64,000 nucleotides of DNA from Saprospiraceae bacterium (lineage in GTDB: Bacteria; Bacteroidota; Bacteroidia; Chitinophagales; Saprospiraceae), in assembly GCA_016708265.1 (NCBI GenBank), contig JADJGA010000003.1, forward strand, positions 776,017-840,016. Direction: 5' to 3'. Positions 32,688 through 43,368 of the stretch are shown here, one piece after another. A program made the position numbers and the translations under genes. How positions within the stretch are numbered: the stretch's first letter is position 1; every line of letters starts with the position of its first letter. The notes under the pieces were generated by a model. It saw only the letters and a list, made by a program, of their open reading frames with translations. It was not told the origin of the DNA and searched no databases.

Positions 32688-33252
32688 TTAGTTTTTATTT
32701 TCGGTAATTTCTCCAACCAATAATATATTGTCCTCTAATATTTTAAAAACATAAATAACCGTCCCTGTAGGTAAATTCTCACCATCGGTAATAGCTCTGA
32801 GTTCCATTATTTTATTTCTAATTTCAATATTGACTAATCCTGTACCGTTTCTTTGGGCTGGTACCGGAACATAAACTTTTCCGTATTTACCCAGTGCTTC
32901 CTCAATGTCAACATTTCCCACTTCAGCTAATTTTATCAGCTGGAAAAGAACAAATGCCACAAAAACCATAGCGATAAGCCCGGCAAAAAATGAGATTATA
33001 ATTACATATTGAATATCAATACCTTTATGGAGTGTAATAACACCTACCCAACCAAAAAAAGTAAAAAATGCGATTATGCTTCTTATGGAAAATAGTAAAC
33101 CCCTGATCGACATCAAAATGTCCATCATGAGTGTCAAAATGTAAATCAGTGTCAACACCAGAATCAAAATCCAATCCTATTATACTGGAAATCAGCTGAA
33201 GAACAAATAATACAGAAAAAACTACTGAAATGGTCCAGAAAATCTGCTCTGC
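32688..33252 (-). pseudogene. NfeD/YqiJ-like (DUF1449) membrane protein partnering the flotillin; split by a frameshift at a G4 run (~33100)
   Basis: N-terminus MAEQIFWTISVVFSVLFVLQLISSIIGLDFD...HFDTHDGHFDVD in the frame of ORF 33025..33381 (true start at an internal ATG, 33252), continuing as TM helices plus a C-terminal OB-fold in ORF 32688..33167. Confidence 0.55.
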
Positions 33253-33752
33253 CATATTTAATGAATTCCACCAATCAACAAAAATCAACAAGTTCATTGT
33301 ATTATTTTTATACAAATTTAATCGCTTAAGCCATATGAAGCAAACTCTTTCGACAAATGTAGTCCAAAATTCGTTTAACATATCATTTAATTTTATTGTA
33401 TTTTGAGCTTAGTTTACATCAGATAATTAAAAGTAAAAAGTGAAAAATATTTTAAGTTATTTTTAAAGTTGGTCACTACTCAATTATGGCAAATCTTAAC
33501 CTACCATTTTTTAAAATTATACTATTCTCCTGAACTGTGAAGAAAAAGATAATTATCAATTTTAATCTAATAAATCGGGAGCATCCCATTTTTGTACATA
33601 AAGCAAACAACGAATAATTGAATTAAATAGGGATTTCCTTTATACTTTGTACTGACCGCATTGTCACGGTAAGTAGTAGGGTAAATCACAAAGAATTTTG
33701 TTATAATTAAGTTTAGGATTTACCCAATTATTCTGCGTCAATCTGCGTTTTC

Positions 33753-33812
33753 AATCTGCGTAATCTGCGGGACAAAAACCTTAGCCTTTTCTTTTTCCCG
33801 CAGATTACGCAG
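33753..33812. promoter_or_regulatory. 17-bp perfect inverted repeat (tctgcgtaatctgcggga / tcccgcagattacgcaga) within an array of about eight CTGCG(T)/ACGCAG hexamers
   Basis: Read directly in the 670-bp divergent intergenic region between the NfeD-like gene and the S9 peptidase gene. Confidence 0.5.
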
Positions 33813-34070
33813 AAAATATTCCTGATAAAATCTTGAATCACATTTCGCAGATATACGCAGAAATATCGACAATCACTATTTATTGATTAAAATAAGGAAA
33901 ATCCCATTTTTATGCCCATGGTAATTTTTATTTTGATGCAAAAACAGGATACACCCAAAAAATCAACATTTCTAAATCATAATTTATTGGATACTTTGTT
34001 AATAAACTTTATTTTATTAAAAACCTTAAGCTGAAACCATTGTTAATTAAGTAATTTAAAATCCAACATT

Positions 34071-36485
34071 ATGAAATATTTAAATCTAATTATAATCTTG
34101 ATTATGACTGATCTTTTAATTGCTCAGGAGAATATTGTTTTTCAAAAGCCTTCTGCTGAAATATTGGCATTGGCTGATTATGAAAGAGCTCCTTCAGTAT
34201 CAATGGATACAAAAAAAGAATACATGTTGCTGCAATACAGGAATACATATAAAAGCCTTGACGATCTCAATCAGGCAGAAATGAAGCTTGGAGGACTGCG
34301 GGTAAATCCAATAACCAATATTTCATCAACAGTTTCTTATATTAACAATCTGAAAATCAGGAAAATAAAAGAGTACAACGCTGAACCTGTTCAGGTAACA
34401 GGATTACCTGAAAAACCAAGGATCACAAATATTTCATGGTCTCCGGATGATACTAAAATAGCCTTCACAAATACAACAGGAAATGGAGTGGAATTATGGG
34501 TAGTGGATGTTGCTTCTGCAAAAGCCACTAAACTCACAGATGCAGTATTGAACGCTAATCTTGGCAGCCCGTTCAGTTGGTATAAGGATAATCAATCACT
34601 GTTGGTGAGAATAATACCTGAATCACGTCCATCATTGATAGATTCGGGGAAGGATTTACCCAACGGTCCTATTGTATCACTTGCCGATGGTAATGTCTCA
34701 CAAAACAGAACATATCAGGATCTGCTAAAAAATAAAACTGATGAAATAAATTTTACTACACTGACAACTTCTGAATTATACAAAGTAAATATAAATGGTG
34801 CAAAAACGCTTTTCAGGACAAAAGACCTTTATGTAGGCCAGTCTTTTTCTTCCGATGGCAATTACATTATGCTCACCACCATTTCCCCTCCATTTTCTTA
34901 TATTGTGCCTCTCAGCAGGTTTCCACAGAAAACTATAGTTTATGACCTGAACGGAAAAGAAATAAAATTGGTAAATGATGTTCCTCTTACTGAAATAATG
35001 CCAAAAGGATTTTCTGCGGTGAGAAAAGGAAAAAGAAATATGGGATGGAGAGCTGATAAACCTGCTTCTTTGTTTTTTGTTGTTGCACTTGACGAGGGAG
35101 ATCCCGCTCAGAAAGTCAATTTCAGAGACGAAATCTTCAGCTGGGATGCTCCTTTCGGTGATGAACCAGAATCACTGGTAAAAACACAGCAGAGATTTGG
35201 TGGAGTAACCTGGGGTGATGACAATACTGCAATTGTTTCTGATTCCTGGTATGATACGAGAAATGTAAAGACTTATCTTATAAATCCTTCTGATCCGGGA
35301 CAACAGCCAAAAATTATATTTGACAGGAATTATCAGGATATTTATAGTGATCCCGGACGATTTGAGACCAGGGAAAATGAGTATGCCAGGGATGTATTGG
35401 CAATTGAAAAAGGGAATTTATTCCTAATAGGAGAAGGACATACAAAAGAAGGTCAATTCCCATTTATAGATGAATTCAGTCTTAATAACTTCAAAACCAG
35501 AAGACTTTATCAGTCTACCTTTACAAACAGAAAAGAAGATATTTTTTCTATTGAAGATTTTAAGAACGGTAATGCTTTGGTCATTATACAATCAAAAAAT
35601 GAATATCCAAATTACTATTTCAGAAATTTCAGGCAAAAAGATAAACTCCAGCAGATCACTTTCAATAAAAACCCTTTCGAATCAATAAAAGATGTTGAAA
35701 AACAGGTTATTAAGTACAAAAGGGCAGATGGTGTAGAGCTGTCGGGTACTTTATATCTTCCGATCGGCTATGATAAGAAGAACAAAACAAAACTGCCCTT
35801 ACTCATCTGGGCTTATCCAGAGGAATTCAAAGACAAAAACAGTGCAGGTCAGTCTTCTATAAATCCGAATGAGTTTACTTTTCCCTATTACGGTTCATTT
35901 GTTTACTATGTTACTAAAGGCTATGTGGTACTTGATGATGCCTCTTTTCCGATAATTGGTGAAGGAGATAAGGAACCAAATGATAATTTCATAGAGCAGC
36001 TTGTATCCAATGCCAAAGCAGCAATTGATGCAGTAGATAGCCTGGGATATATTGACAGAACTAAAGTTGCTGTGGGAGGGCATTCATACGGGGCTTTTAT
36101 GACTGCAAATCTCCTGACACATTCCGATCTTTTTGTATGCGGTATAGCACGCAGCGGAGCTTATAACAGGACATTGACCCCATTCGGTTTTCAGTCCGAA
36201 CAGAGAAATTACTGGGATGCTCCCGGTGTTTACAATTCCATGTCACCATTTTATACAGCCAACTTGATGAAAAAACCGTTATTGCTGATACATGGGGAAG
36301 CTGATAACAACCCCGGCACATTCACTCTTCAAACCGAAAGGTATTTTCAGGCTTTGAAAGGACTGGGTGCAAATGCGAGAATGGTTATACTGCCAAAGGA
36401 AAGCCATGGATATGAGGCAAAGGAAAATATCCTGCATTTACTGTGGGAGCAGGAGCAGTTTCTGGATAAGTATCTTAAAAAATAA
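34071..36485 (+). CDS. S9 family serine peptidase (prolyl oligopeptidase/dipeptidyl-peptidase-like; N-terminal beta-propeller + alpha/beta hydrolase)
   Basis: Signal peptide; catalytic GGHSYGAF (GxSxG) with downstream Asp/His region; 804 aa. Confidence 0.85.
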   Translation: MKYLNLIIILIMTDLLIAQENIVFQKPSAEILALADYERAPSVSMDTKKEYMLLQYRNTYKSLDDLNQAEMKLGGLRVNPITNISSTVSYINNLKIRKIKEYNAEPVQVTGLPEKPRITNISWSPDDTKIAFTNTTGNGVELWVVDVASAKATKLTDAVLNANLGSPFSWYKDNQSLLVRIIPESRPSLIDSGKDLPNGPIVSLADGNVSQNRTYQDLLKNKTDEINFTTLTTSELYKVNINGAKTLFRTKDLYVGQSFSSDGNYIMLTTISPPFSYIVPLSRFPQKTIVYDLNGKEIKLVNDVPLTEIMPKGFSAVRKGKRNMGWRADKPASLFFVVALDEGDPAQKVNFRDEIFSWDAPFGDEPESLVKTQQRFGGVTWGDDNTAIVSDSWYDTRNVKTYLINPSDPGQQPKIIFDRNYQDIYSDPGRFETRENEYARDVLAIEKGNLFLIGEGHTKEGQFPFIDEFSLNNFKTRRLYQSTFTNRKEDIFSIEDFKNGNALVIIQSKNEYPNYYFRNFRQKDKLQQITFNKNPFESIKDVEKQVIKYKRADGVELSGTLYLPIGYDKKNKTKLPLLIWAYPEEFKDKNSAGQSSINPNEFTFPYYGSFVYYVTKGYVVLDDASFPIIGEGDKEPNDNFIEQLVSNAKAAIDAVDSLGYIDRTKVAVGGHSYGAFMTANLLTHSDLFVCGIARSGAYNRTLTPFGFQSEQRNYWDAPGVYNSMSPFYTANLMKKPLLLIHGEADNNPGTFTLQTERYFQALKGLGANARMVILPKESHGYEAKENILHLLWEQEQFLDKYLKK

Positions 36486-36489
36486 GTAA

Positions 36490-36530
36490 AAAAAAAGTCC
36501 TTTTGCATTGATGCAAAAGGACTTTTTAAA
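36490..36530 (+). terminator. Rho-independent terminator (bidirectional-looking)
   Basis: Perfect 12-bp stem gtccttttgcat-tg-atgcaaaaggac flanked by A9 upstream and T5 downstream. Confidence 0.65.
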
Positions 36531-36697
36531 TATGAAGTTGTTTTAAATTAGTTGTTTAAAAAAATGTTCATATCTCATTGATATTTAAGTAAATACTCCA
36601 AAAATAAATTGATAAATTTTTGAGCAAATTTTTTCTAAAATAAAAACATTTTTTTTATTTAAATTTCTTTACTTTTTGAGCCGTCAAAAAGTAACAA

Positions 36698-36860
36698 TCC
36701 CGACGATAAATGTCGGGACGTGCGAAATTAAACTCGCAAATCCAATTAAGCTTTAAAATCAACAAGTTATATTGTTTTCAACTACGGAAATTATACCTAC
36801 AAGGTTTCGGTAAAATTTCCTGCTTTCTCCTGCTCAGACTCCCGACGATAAATGTCGGGA
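36698..36860. repeat. Two identical 21-bp hairpins (tcccgacgataaatgtcggga) bracketing ~120 bp; REP/MITE-like
   Basis: Identical palindromes at 36698-36718 and 36840-36860. Confidence 0.7.
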
Positions 36861-36907
36861 TCGCACAGTCCTGAACTATAATTTTTAAAAAACTGCTATA
36901 AAATTAT

Positions 36908-38305
36908 CTATTTCTTGATATTCGGAAGCTGTAATCCGTAGCCCTTCTTCTTATCTTCGATTTTAAGTAAAAAGGCAAATAAGATCGCCAATATACCAAA
37001 TCCTGTAAAGATGATCATAGGAAGAGTATAATTGTAAGTATTGACGGTCTGATTATCAACAGTCACCTGACCGGTAATGCAATAGGTATTCAAAACCCAG
37101 CCTATCAATGCAGGAACTCCCATTAAACCCCAGTTCTGAACCCAGAATATTAATGAATATGCAGTACCGAGTTGCTTCTCAGGGATGATCTTCGGAACCG
37201 ATGGCCACATAGCAGAAGGTACAAGTGAAAACCCTATTCCCAGCAAAATTATTAAAAATATTGCAATGATCCAATGGCTAAGAAAAGGAATTGAAAACAT
37301 AGCATGAACAAAAACAATTATAAATGAACCGATTATCATTATTGTTGCTCCCTTGCCTTTTCTGTCATACAGATTTCCAAAGAAAGGAGTAAGAAATATA
37401 GTACCGAAAGGAAGCAAAGCCGGTATCAATCCTGCCCAATCTTCATCAACACCAAATTTTTGAACCATCAGATCCGTAGCATATTTTAAAAATGGAAATA
37501 CTGCAGAGTAAAACAAAACGCATAAAATCGCAATATACCACCAGCCTTTGTTTGTTATTATATTCAATATGTCTTTGATCTTAAATGCTTCTTCATCATC
37601 GACTACTTCATTATCTTTATCATAAGCTGCCTGTGATGCATCAAGTTTTTTATCCTGAAAAGTATAAAAGAAGAATGAAATCAATCCGATACATGCCATG
37701 ATCAGTCCAAACAGTAAAGGCATCGAAACAGTTCCGAAATATTTAGCAATCGGAAGTGATGTACCTATTGCCAGTCCTGTACCAATTCTTGCAGTTGCCA
37801 TTTCAAGACCCATTGCAAGAGCCATTTCTTTTCCTTTGAACCACTTTACTATGATTTTAGAAACCGTGATCCCCGCTACCTCAACACCAACCCCAAAAAT
37901 AGCAAATCCAATTCCAGCTATAAAAACCTGAGCTTTTGATTCAAACAATAACAGATCCCAGACCTGTCCGTCAAGACTATGAGTAGAAACAGCCCAATAT
38001 TTGATTGCAATCCCAACTACCATAAGTCCGGTTGCCATCATTCCTGTAAATCTTACACCCATTTTGTCCAGAATGATCCCACCTATGATCAAAAAGAATA
38101 AAAATACATTGAACCAGCCATAAGCACTGGTAAAAAAGCCATATTCTTCGCTGTTCCAGGATAGTTGCTGTTCAAGAAGTCCTTTCAGCGGTGCCATAAC
38201 ATCAGCCAGATAATAGCCACATAACATGGTAAATGCTACCACTGCCAATGCTGTCCAGCGTGCTACTGGTGAGTCACGCAAGGTTTGATTAATTTTTTCA
38301 GTCAT
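36908..38305 (-). CDS. MFS transporter
   Basis: 12-TM topology with two 6-TM halves separated by a charged loop; 465 aa. Confidence 0.7.
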   Translation of the reverse strand: MTEKINQTLRDSPVARWTALAVVAFTMLCGYYLADVMAPLKGLLEQQLSWNSEEYGFFTSAYGWFNVFLFFLIIGGIILDKMGVRFTGMMATGLMVVGIAIKYWAVSTHSLDGQVWDLLLFESKAQVFIAGIGFAIFGVGVEVAGITVSKIIVKWFKGKEMALAMGLEMATARIGTGLAIGTSLPIAKYFGTVSMPLLFGLIMACIGLISFFFYTFQDKKLDASQAAYDKDNEVVDDEEAFKIKDILNIITNKGWWYIAILCVLFYSAVFPFLKYATDLMVQKFGVDEDWAGLIPALLPFGTIFLTPFFGNLYDRKGKGATIMIIGSFIIVFVHAMFSIPFLSHWIIAIFLIILLGIGFSLVPSAMWPSVPKIIPEKQLGTAYSLIFWVQNWGLMGVPALIGWVLNTYCITGQVTVDNQTVNTYNYTLPMIIFTGFGILAILFAFLLKIEDKKKGYGLQLPNIKK

Positions 38306-38522
38306 AAATTTATTTTTTAAAAAATATAATAATACAAATACAACCTACAAATTTAAGGATATTTTGATAAGAAGGATATAATTATTGAAAAAATCACACA
38401 GTATAACTGCAATTGGCAATTTTTGAACCGCTATCCCTTAACTCTATCAAAAGTGTATTAATATGTTTATGAGGGATTTTTTTGACGTACTATGGTCAAA
38501 ACAGGGAAATATAGGGAAAATG

Positions 38523-38596
38523 TGGAGCTAACGGGATTCGAACCCGTGACCCCTTGACTGCCAGTCAAGTACTCTAGCCAACTGAGCTATAGCCCC
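38523..38596 (-). tRNA. tRNA-Ala (anticodon GGC)
   Basis: Reverse complement ggggctatagctcagttggctagagta cttga-ctGGCag-tcaag ...ggttcgaatcc...tagctcca; G3:U70 alanine identity pair present; T-loop GTTCGAATC. Confidence 0.9.
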
Positions 38597-38646
38597 ATGA
38601 GAGTGCAAAGGTAATAAAAAAAATTTTTAAAGAAAATATTTGAGGT

Positions 38647-39273
38647 TTACTCTGCTACTACAAATACAATTTTATTGTTCTGTCCGTTAACGCTACTGCC
38701 CAAAATCACTTTATTGTCGATATCTACTCCCTTTACCTTCATATATGCAAGAATAGCTTCCATCCTCCTCTGTGACAATATCCCGCTCCTGTAATCAGGT
38801 TCATTGACAAAACCAAACAATTTAATTGCAGAAATACTTCCTGAATTCAATTGATAGATCATATCATTAAGTATCTGGATCTGGGGTGGGTCAATATATG
38901 CAGTACCACCTTTGAATTTTATTTCAAGATTGGAATTGGATTTGAAATTTAAATTTTCTTTTGGGGCTACACTAATTACCATACTGTTATCCGCAATTAT
39001 ATTTGACTCTGCCAATGAACCATCTTCAGACTTCACATTGGATATATCAATCAGACTATCCTGTGTTTCATAGGCTTTAAGATAATCAGGCAGAACATTT
39101 AATTTGGCAAGGATGTCACCATTCCTGTTCATGAGAACTTCTGTAGGAACAGCGTCTATGAGGATCACTTTTTTGAAAACATTGTTTTTTACTTTGTCAC
39201 TATTGGTTTGCGAATAACCAAAAGTACATATATTAAGTAAAAGCAATACAACTAATACTTTTTTCATATTCAT
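38647..39273 (-). CDS. Hypothetical secreted/lipoprotein with a C-terminal OmpA-like segment
   Basis: Signal peptide MNMKKVLVVLLLLNICTFGYSQ; C-terminal LSQRRMEAILAYMKVKGV resembles the OmpA_C family. Confidence 0.45.
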   Translation of the reverse strand: MNMKKVLVVLLLLNICTFGYSQTNSDKVKNNVFKKVILIDAVPTEVLMNRNGDILAKLNVLPDYLKAYETQDSLIDISNVKSEDGSLAESNIIADNSMVISVAPKENLNFKSNSNLEIKFKGGTAYIDPPQIQILNDMIYQLNSGSISAIKLFGFVNEPDYRSGILSQRRMEAILAYMKVKGVDIDNKVILGSSVNGQNNKIVFVVAE

Positions 39274-39419
39274 GGGTTTTATAATATGAATATCAAAAAT
39301 TGTACCAAATTTAAAAAGTACTCATTTTGATATACTCAACTTACAAACGATTTAATATCTGTAATAGTTCCATGATGGTGAAAAAAAGTCAAACTAACCG
39401 GAAAAAAAATGAAAACCAA

Positions 39420-40334
39420 TCAGTTTTTTTTGACCAATCCCTTTTCTTCCAGGTCCCTTATCACTTTATCCATAACTCCGTTTATGAATTCTTTGCTTTT
39501 GTCGGTGGAATATTCCTTTGAGAGTTCTACATATTCATTTAATGTCACATTGCAAGGGATCGATTCAAAATATAAAACTTCAGCAAGGCTCATTTTAATA
39601 AATATCATATCGACATTTGCAATACGTTCTTTATCCCATTTCAATAGATTTGGAATAACATACTTTTCGAGTTCATCATTTATAGTAAGACATTTTTTTA
39701 ACAGTTTTTCCCCCAGATCAATGATCGTTTCGTCAGTAGGATAATAAGGTTCAATAAAATCTCCTTCAAAATCATTTCTTTTAAGAATTTTTTTGACTGT
39801 ACCTATTACCACCGATTTTTCACTGCTCCACTGATAGTACCTGTCATCGACCAGTTCAACAAAAACTTCACTCGCTCTGAGGTACCTGTACATTTCGAGG
39901 AGAATCTCTTCATCGTCTGTCTGAGATTTACGGTTGTGCCAGTAGGCAATATAAAGTTCGGTTTCAGAAAAACTCTTATACAATGTCCTGATGACATCAG
40001 GATCAATGAATTCACTGAATTTCAACGTTTCAAATCTTTGTTTGAGATCCTTGTTGTTTACAAGTCCTTTTATGATAGTGTTGTGATAAAGTGTGCTTTT
40101 AAATGATTTGTCATCATCTGTGGGGAGATACTTTGATACACGTTTGGTTTCGTCTTCTACTGAAACCTTAGTCATTTCAACTATTAGATATAAATTGAGT
40201 AGAAATAGCTCTATCGTACCCTTGACTGAATCATGATAAAACTTTAAAACTTCTTCATTCTTTAATTCTTTATCTCGGCTTTGAGAATAAAGAGCCTGCA
40301 TCACCTTTACTCTGATACTTCTTCTACTTAGCAT
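39420..40334 (-). CDS. nusB: Transcription antitermination factor NusB (long Bacteroidota-type form)
   Basis: N-terminus MLSRRSIRVKVMQALY and C-terminal NusB-domain motifs (DRIANVDMIFIKMSLAEVLYF...). Confidence 0.8.
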   Translation of the reverse strand: MLSRRSIRVKVMQALYSQSRDKELKNEEVLKFYHDSVKGTIELFLLNLYLIVEMTKVSVEDETKRVSKYLPTDDDKSFKSTLYHNTIIKGLVNNKDLKQRFETLKFSEFIDPDVIRTLYKSFSETELYIAYWHNRKSQTDDEEILLEMYRYLRASEVFVELVDDRYYQWSSEKSVVIGTVKKILKRNDFEGDFIEPYYPTDETIIDLGEKLLKKCLTINDELEKYVIPNLLKWDKERIANVDMIFIKMSLAEVLYFESIPCNVTLNEYVELSKEYSTDKSKEFINGVMDKVIRDLEEKGLVKKN

Positions 40335-40585
40335 GGGATTCCATTCTTTTTTACACTATGCAAAGAAAGTGTATTTTTTAAAACAAAACAAACAATGTCT
40401 GTATTTATTAACAATATTATACATATATCAATATTAAACGATCAAAAACGAATAAAGTGCCACATATTTCAAAAAAAAATTATTTACAAATTAAACACAA
40501 TTTTTTAAAATTAATTTTGTTTTTATAATACATTTCGTATTTTTGCGAAATATAAAAATGAATTTTATTTATAATTATTAATCAA

Positions 40586-40837
40586 TTGAAAATGGAAATT
40601 AAAATTTTAGGAACCGGATGTCAGAAATGCAAAACTCTGGAAAAAATGACACAGGAAGTCGTTGAAGAAAACAATTTTAATGCAACGATTACCAAAGTAG
40701 AAGATATAATGCTGATCATGAATTATGGCATTCTTTCAACTCCCGGCCTGGTAATAAATGAAAAAGTCGCTTTAAGTGGAAGATTACCTTCTAAAGATGA
40801 AATCAAAAAACATATTGAAAAATACGGCAATGAGTAG
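40586..40837 (+). CDS. Thioredoxin-family small redox protein (redox-active disulfide protein 2 / Thioredoxin_3)
   Basis: 78-83 aa; KILGTGCQKCKTLE CxxC motif. Confidence 0.8.
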   Translation: MKMEIKILGTGCQKCKTLEKMTQEVVEENNFNATITKVEDIMLIMNYGILSTPGLVINEKVALSGRLPSKDEIKKHIEKYGNE

Positions 40838-41138
40838 TTTCAGCAAATATGAGCCTGGCATTGAAGAGATTGCTGTAATAGCAAAGGCAATTCAGCATCC
40901 TGTGAGAGTGTATATCTTAAAGAAGCTCTCAAAGATGAATACATGTTGTTATAGTGGAAACCTTGTGGATGAATTGCCAATTAGTCGCAGCACCCTTTCT
41001 CAGCATTTGAAGGAATTAAAGTACGCAGGTCTGATACAAGGTGAAATAGAAGCACCATATATAAAATACTGCCTTAACAGGGAAAACTGGGAAAAAGCAA
41101 AGGAATTATTTTCAGAATTTTTTAATCTTTCAAAATAA
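40830..41138 (+). CDS. arsR: ArsR/SmtB-family transcriptional repressor
   Basis: HTH LSQHLKELKYAGLI; ATG at 40830 overlaps the upstream stop (ATGAGTAG); ORF track's longer N-terminus rejected. Confidence 0.8.
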   Translation: MSSFSKYEPGIEEIAVIAKAIQHPVRVYILKKLSKMNTCCYSGNLVDELPISRSTLSQHLKELKYAGLIQGEIEAPYIKYCLNRENWEKAKELFSEFFNLSK

Positions 41139-41150
41139 AAATAGTAGAAT

Positions 41151-41640
41151 ATGAAAAATCTATCAACAAAAATCGTCATTACAGTTGCAATTTTCTTTTA
41201 TGGAGGTCTGGCATTAAATGCATATATTGATGCAAACAATTCAAATCCCTTACTTAATGAAAATCCAATACAAAATTTTTCCAATGAAAATGTAAAGCAT
41301 GCTAAACCAATACTTTACATCTACAATTTTCATTCTACCAGGAGATGCATTTCCTGTGTTGCAATTGAGAATACAACTACTCAGGCATTGGAAAAGTATT
41401 TTAAAAAGAAGTTGAAGAAGGCAGGATCAAAAGATTTATTATCAATGTAGAGGAAAAGGAAAATAAAAAACTGGTTGAAAAATATGAGGTATATGGAACA
41501 GCACTGTATCTGGTAAGATCATTCAAGGGTAAAGAAAACACAATAGACCTTACTGCAGAGGGATTCAAATATGCTAAAAACAAGCCGGAAAAATTATTGG
41601 AAGTACTGAAGGAAAAAATTTCAGAGAATTTAAAATAAGC
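41151..41640 (+). pseudogene. Secreted CxxC-motif protein of unknown family, copy 1 (frameshifted near 41440)
   Basis: Signal peptide; YIYNFHSTRRCISCVAIE motif; continues out of frame as ...KLVEKYEVYGTALYLV... paralleling copy 2. Confidence 0.45.
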
Positions 41641-41664
41641 TGATAATTAAAAAAAGATAAACCT

Positions 41665-42101
41665 ATGAATAAAAGTATTTTCATTATGCTGATATTGTTT
41701 TTATACAATTATGCATCTTTTAGTCAGACAGTTGGTGATACAATAATTTCAAATAATCCCCAAAATCTTAAGCTAAAAGTTTATTATTTTCACATTACAG
41801 ACAGATGTTCTGCATGCTATTCAATTGAAGAGAATCTCAGAGCTACTCTTTTCACTAATTTCAAAAAGGAAATAAAAAAGGGATCGTCGATCTTCATATC
41901 CTCAACTGTGAATTGCCGGAAAACCAAAAGCTGGTAAAAAAATATACTGCTTATGGCTCAACTTTGGTAGTGACAGGATATAAAAATGGCAAAGAACTCG
42001 AAACTGAAGAATTGTCAGCCTGGGCTTTTAAAAAATCAGGGAACAAAAAGGTTTTTGTTAAAGAGCTTAGGAAAAAACTAAATGATCATCTGAGATCATA
42101 A
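41665..42101 (+). pseudogene. Secreted CxxC-motif protein of unknown family, copy 2 (frameshifted near 41925)
   Basis: Signal peptide; YYFHITDRCSACYSIEE; second part KLVKKYTAYGSTLVV in overlapping ORF 41913..42101. Confidence 0.45.
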
Positions 42102-42131
42102 TTAAAATTACAATTTTTAAGGTTAAAAATT

Positions 42132-42833
42132 ATGGAATATTTACAAAATTTGCTTGATAATACAAGCATGCCATTGTTTTCTGCATTCCTGCTTGGGTTG
42201 ATGACAGCTATCAGTCCATGTCCTCTTGCGACAAATATAACTGCAATAGCCTACATCGGTAAAAATATCGAGAATAAGAGAAAAGTATTTATTAATGGTT
42301 TGTTTTATACGCTGGGAAGAGCTATCAGTTATGTTACCATAGGTATTATTCTATTTTTCGGAGCCAGTAAGTTTCATATTGCCAGTTTTTTTCAATCAAA
42401 CGGAGAAAAATTCCTGGGTCCTTTGCTTATCATTATCGGTATTTTTATGCTGGGTGTTTTCAAATTCAATTTCCCGGGTATTGGCAAAATAACTGATAAA
42501 TTTAATCAGATGAAGACAAACCGGCTAAGTTCACTTTTGATGGGGATGCTTTTTGCACTTGCGTTTTGTCCATATAGTGGAGTTTTGTATTTTGGCATGC
42601 TCATTCCTATGACTATTTCAAGTACATCAGGACTTTTCCTGCCTTTTGTATTTGCAATTGCAACAGGCCTCCCGGTTATTGTCTTTGCATATCTGATTGC
42701 ATTTACCTTTTCGGAAGTTGGCAGTTTTTTCAACAAACTCAAAACATTTGAAAAATGGTTCAGAAAAATAGTTGCATTTGTATTCATTGCTGTTGGGATA
42801 TATTATATGTATATTTTTTTCTTTTCAAATTAA
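42132..42833 (+). CDS. CcdA/DsbD_2-like thiol:disulfide interchange membrane protein
   Basis: 6 TM; AISPCPLATN-type Cys-Pro signature of the DsbD/CcdA transmembrane electron-transfer family. Confidence 0.7.
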   Translation: MEYLQNLLDNTSMPLFSAFLLGLMTAISPCPLATNITAIAYIGKNIENKRKVFINGLFYTLGRAISYVTIGIILFFGASKFHIASFFQSNGEKFLGPLLIIIGIFMLGVFKFNFPGIGKITDKFNQMKTNRLSSLLMGMLFALAFCPYSGVLYFGMLIPMTISSTSGLFLPFVFAIATGLPVIVFAYLIAFTFSEVGSFFNKLKTFEKWFRKIVAFVFIAVGIYYMYIFFFSN

Positions 42834-42844
42834 TTTAGGTCAAC

Positions 42845-43264
42845 ATGGAAAACAGACTTAAAGTTCTTATCCTTTGTACAGGAAATTCATGCAGGAGCCA
42901 GATGGCACACGGATTTTTACAATCTTTTAATAGAAATCTTGATGTTCATTCTGCCGGCACTAAAGCATCAGGTTATATTAATGAAAAAGCGATAGTTGTG
43001 ATGAAAGAAGTCGGAATTGATATCAGTACTCATACATCTGATCCTGTTGAAAAGTATCTGAATGAAGAATGGGATTATGTGATCACTGTGTGTGGAGGTG
43101 CTAATGAAGAATGTCCAGTTTTCCATGGAATAGTTAAGAACAGGCTTCACATGGGATTTGATGACCCCAGCCATGCAATTGGAACTGAAGAATTTATCTG
43201 GAGTGAATTCCGGAGAGTAAGAGATAAGATTTGGAAGGAATTTGCTAATTTGCTAATTTGCTAA
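42845..43264 (+). CDS. arsC: Arsenate reductase, LMW-PTP family (thioredoxin-coupled ArsC)
   Basis: KVLILCTGNSCRSQMA P-loop (CX5R) at the N-terminus; 139 aa. Confidence 0.85.
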   Translation: MENRLKVLILCTGNSCRSQMAHGFLQSFNRNLDVHSAGTKASGYINEKAIVVMKEVGIDISTHTSDPVEKYLNEEWDYVITVCGGANEECPVFHGIVKNRLHMGFDDPSHAIGTEEFIWSEFRRVRDKIWKEFANLLIC

Positions 43265-43365
43265 TTTGAAAATGTACTAATATGAGAATTAGATAATGTG
43301 TTAATTTGGTATTTTGCTAATTAACTATTTCTCACATTTGCTAATTTGTTAATTAATATAAGGTA
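43245..43365. repeat. AATTTGCTAATT tandem array and relatives (left flank of a four-helix-bundle gene)
   Basis: gaatttgctaatttgctaatttgctaatttgaaaatg...tttctcacatttgctaatttgttaatt. Confidence 0.85.
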
Positions 43366-43368
43366 AAT

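Noticed and set aside
39327-39744. Plus-strand ORFs 64 and 111 aa overlapping nusB
   Set aside because: Antisense to NusB; no motifs.
40776-41138. Longer ArsR start (MEDYLLKMKSKNILKNTAM...)
   Set aside because: Would overlap 60 nt of the thioredoxin gene in another frame; the ATG at 40830 gives a standard ~100-aa ArsR with ATGA-type stop/start overlap.
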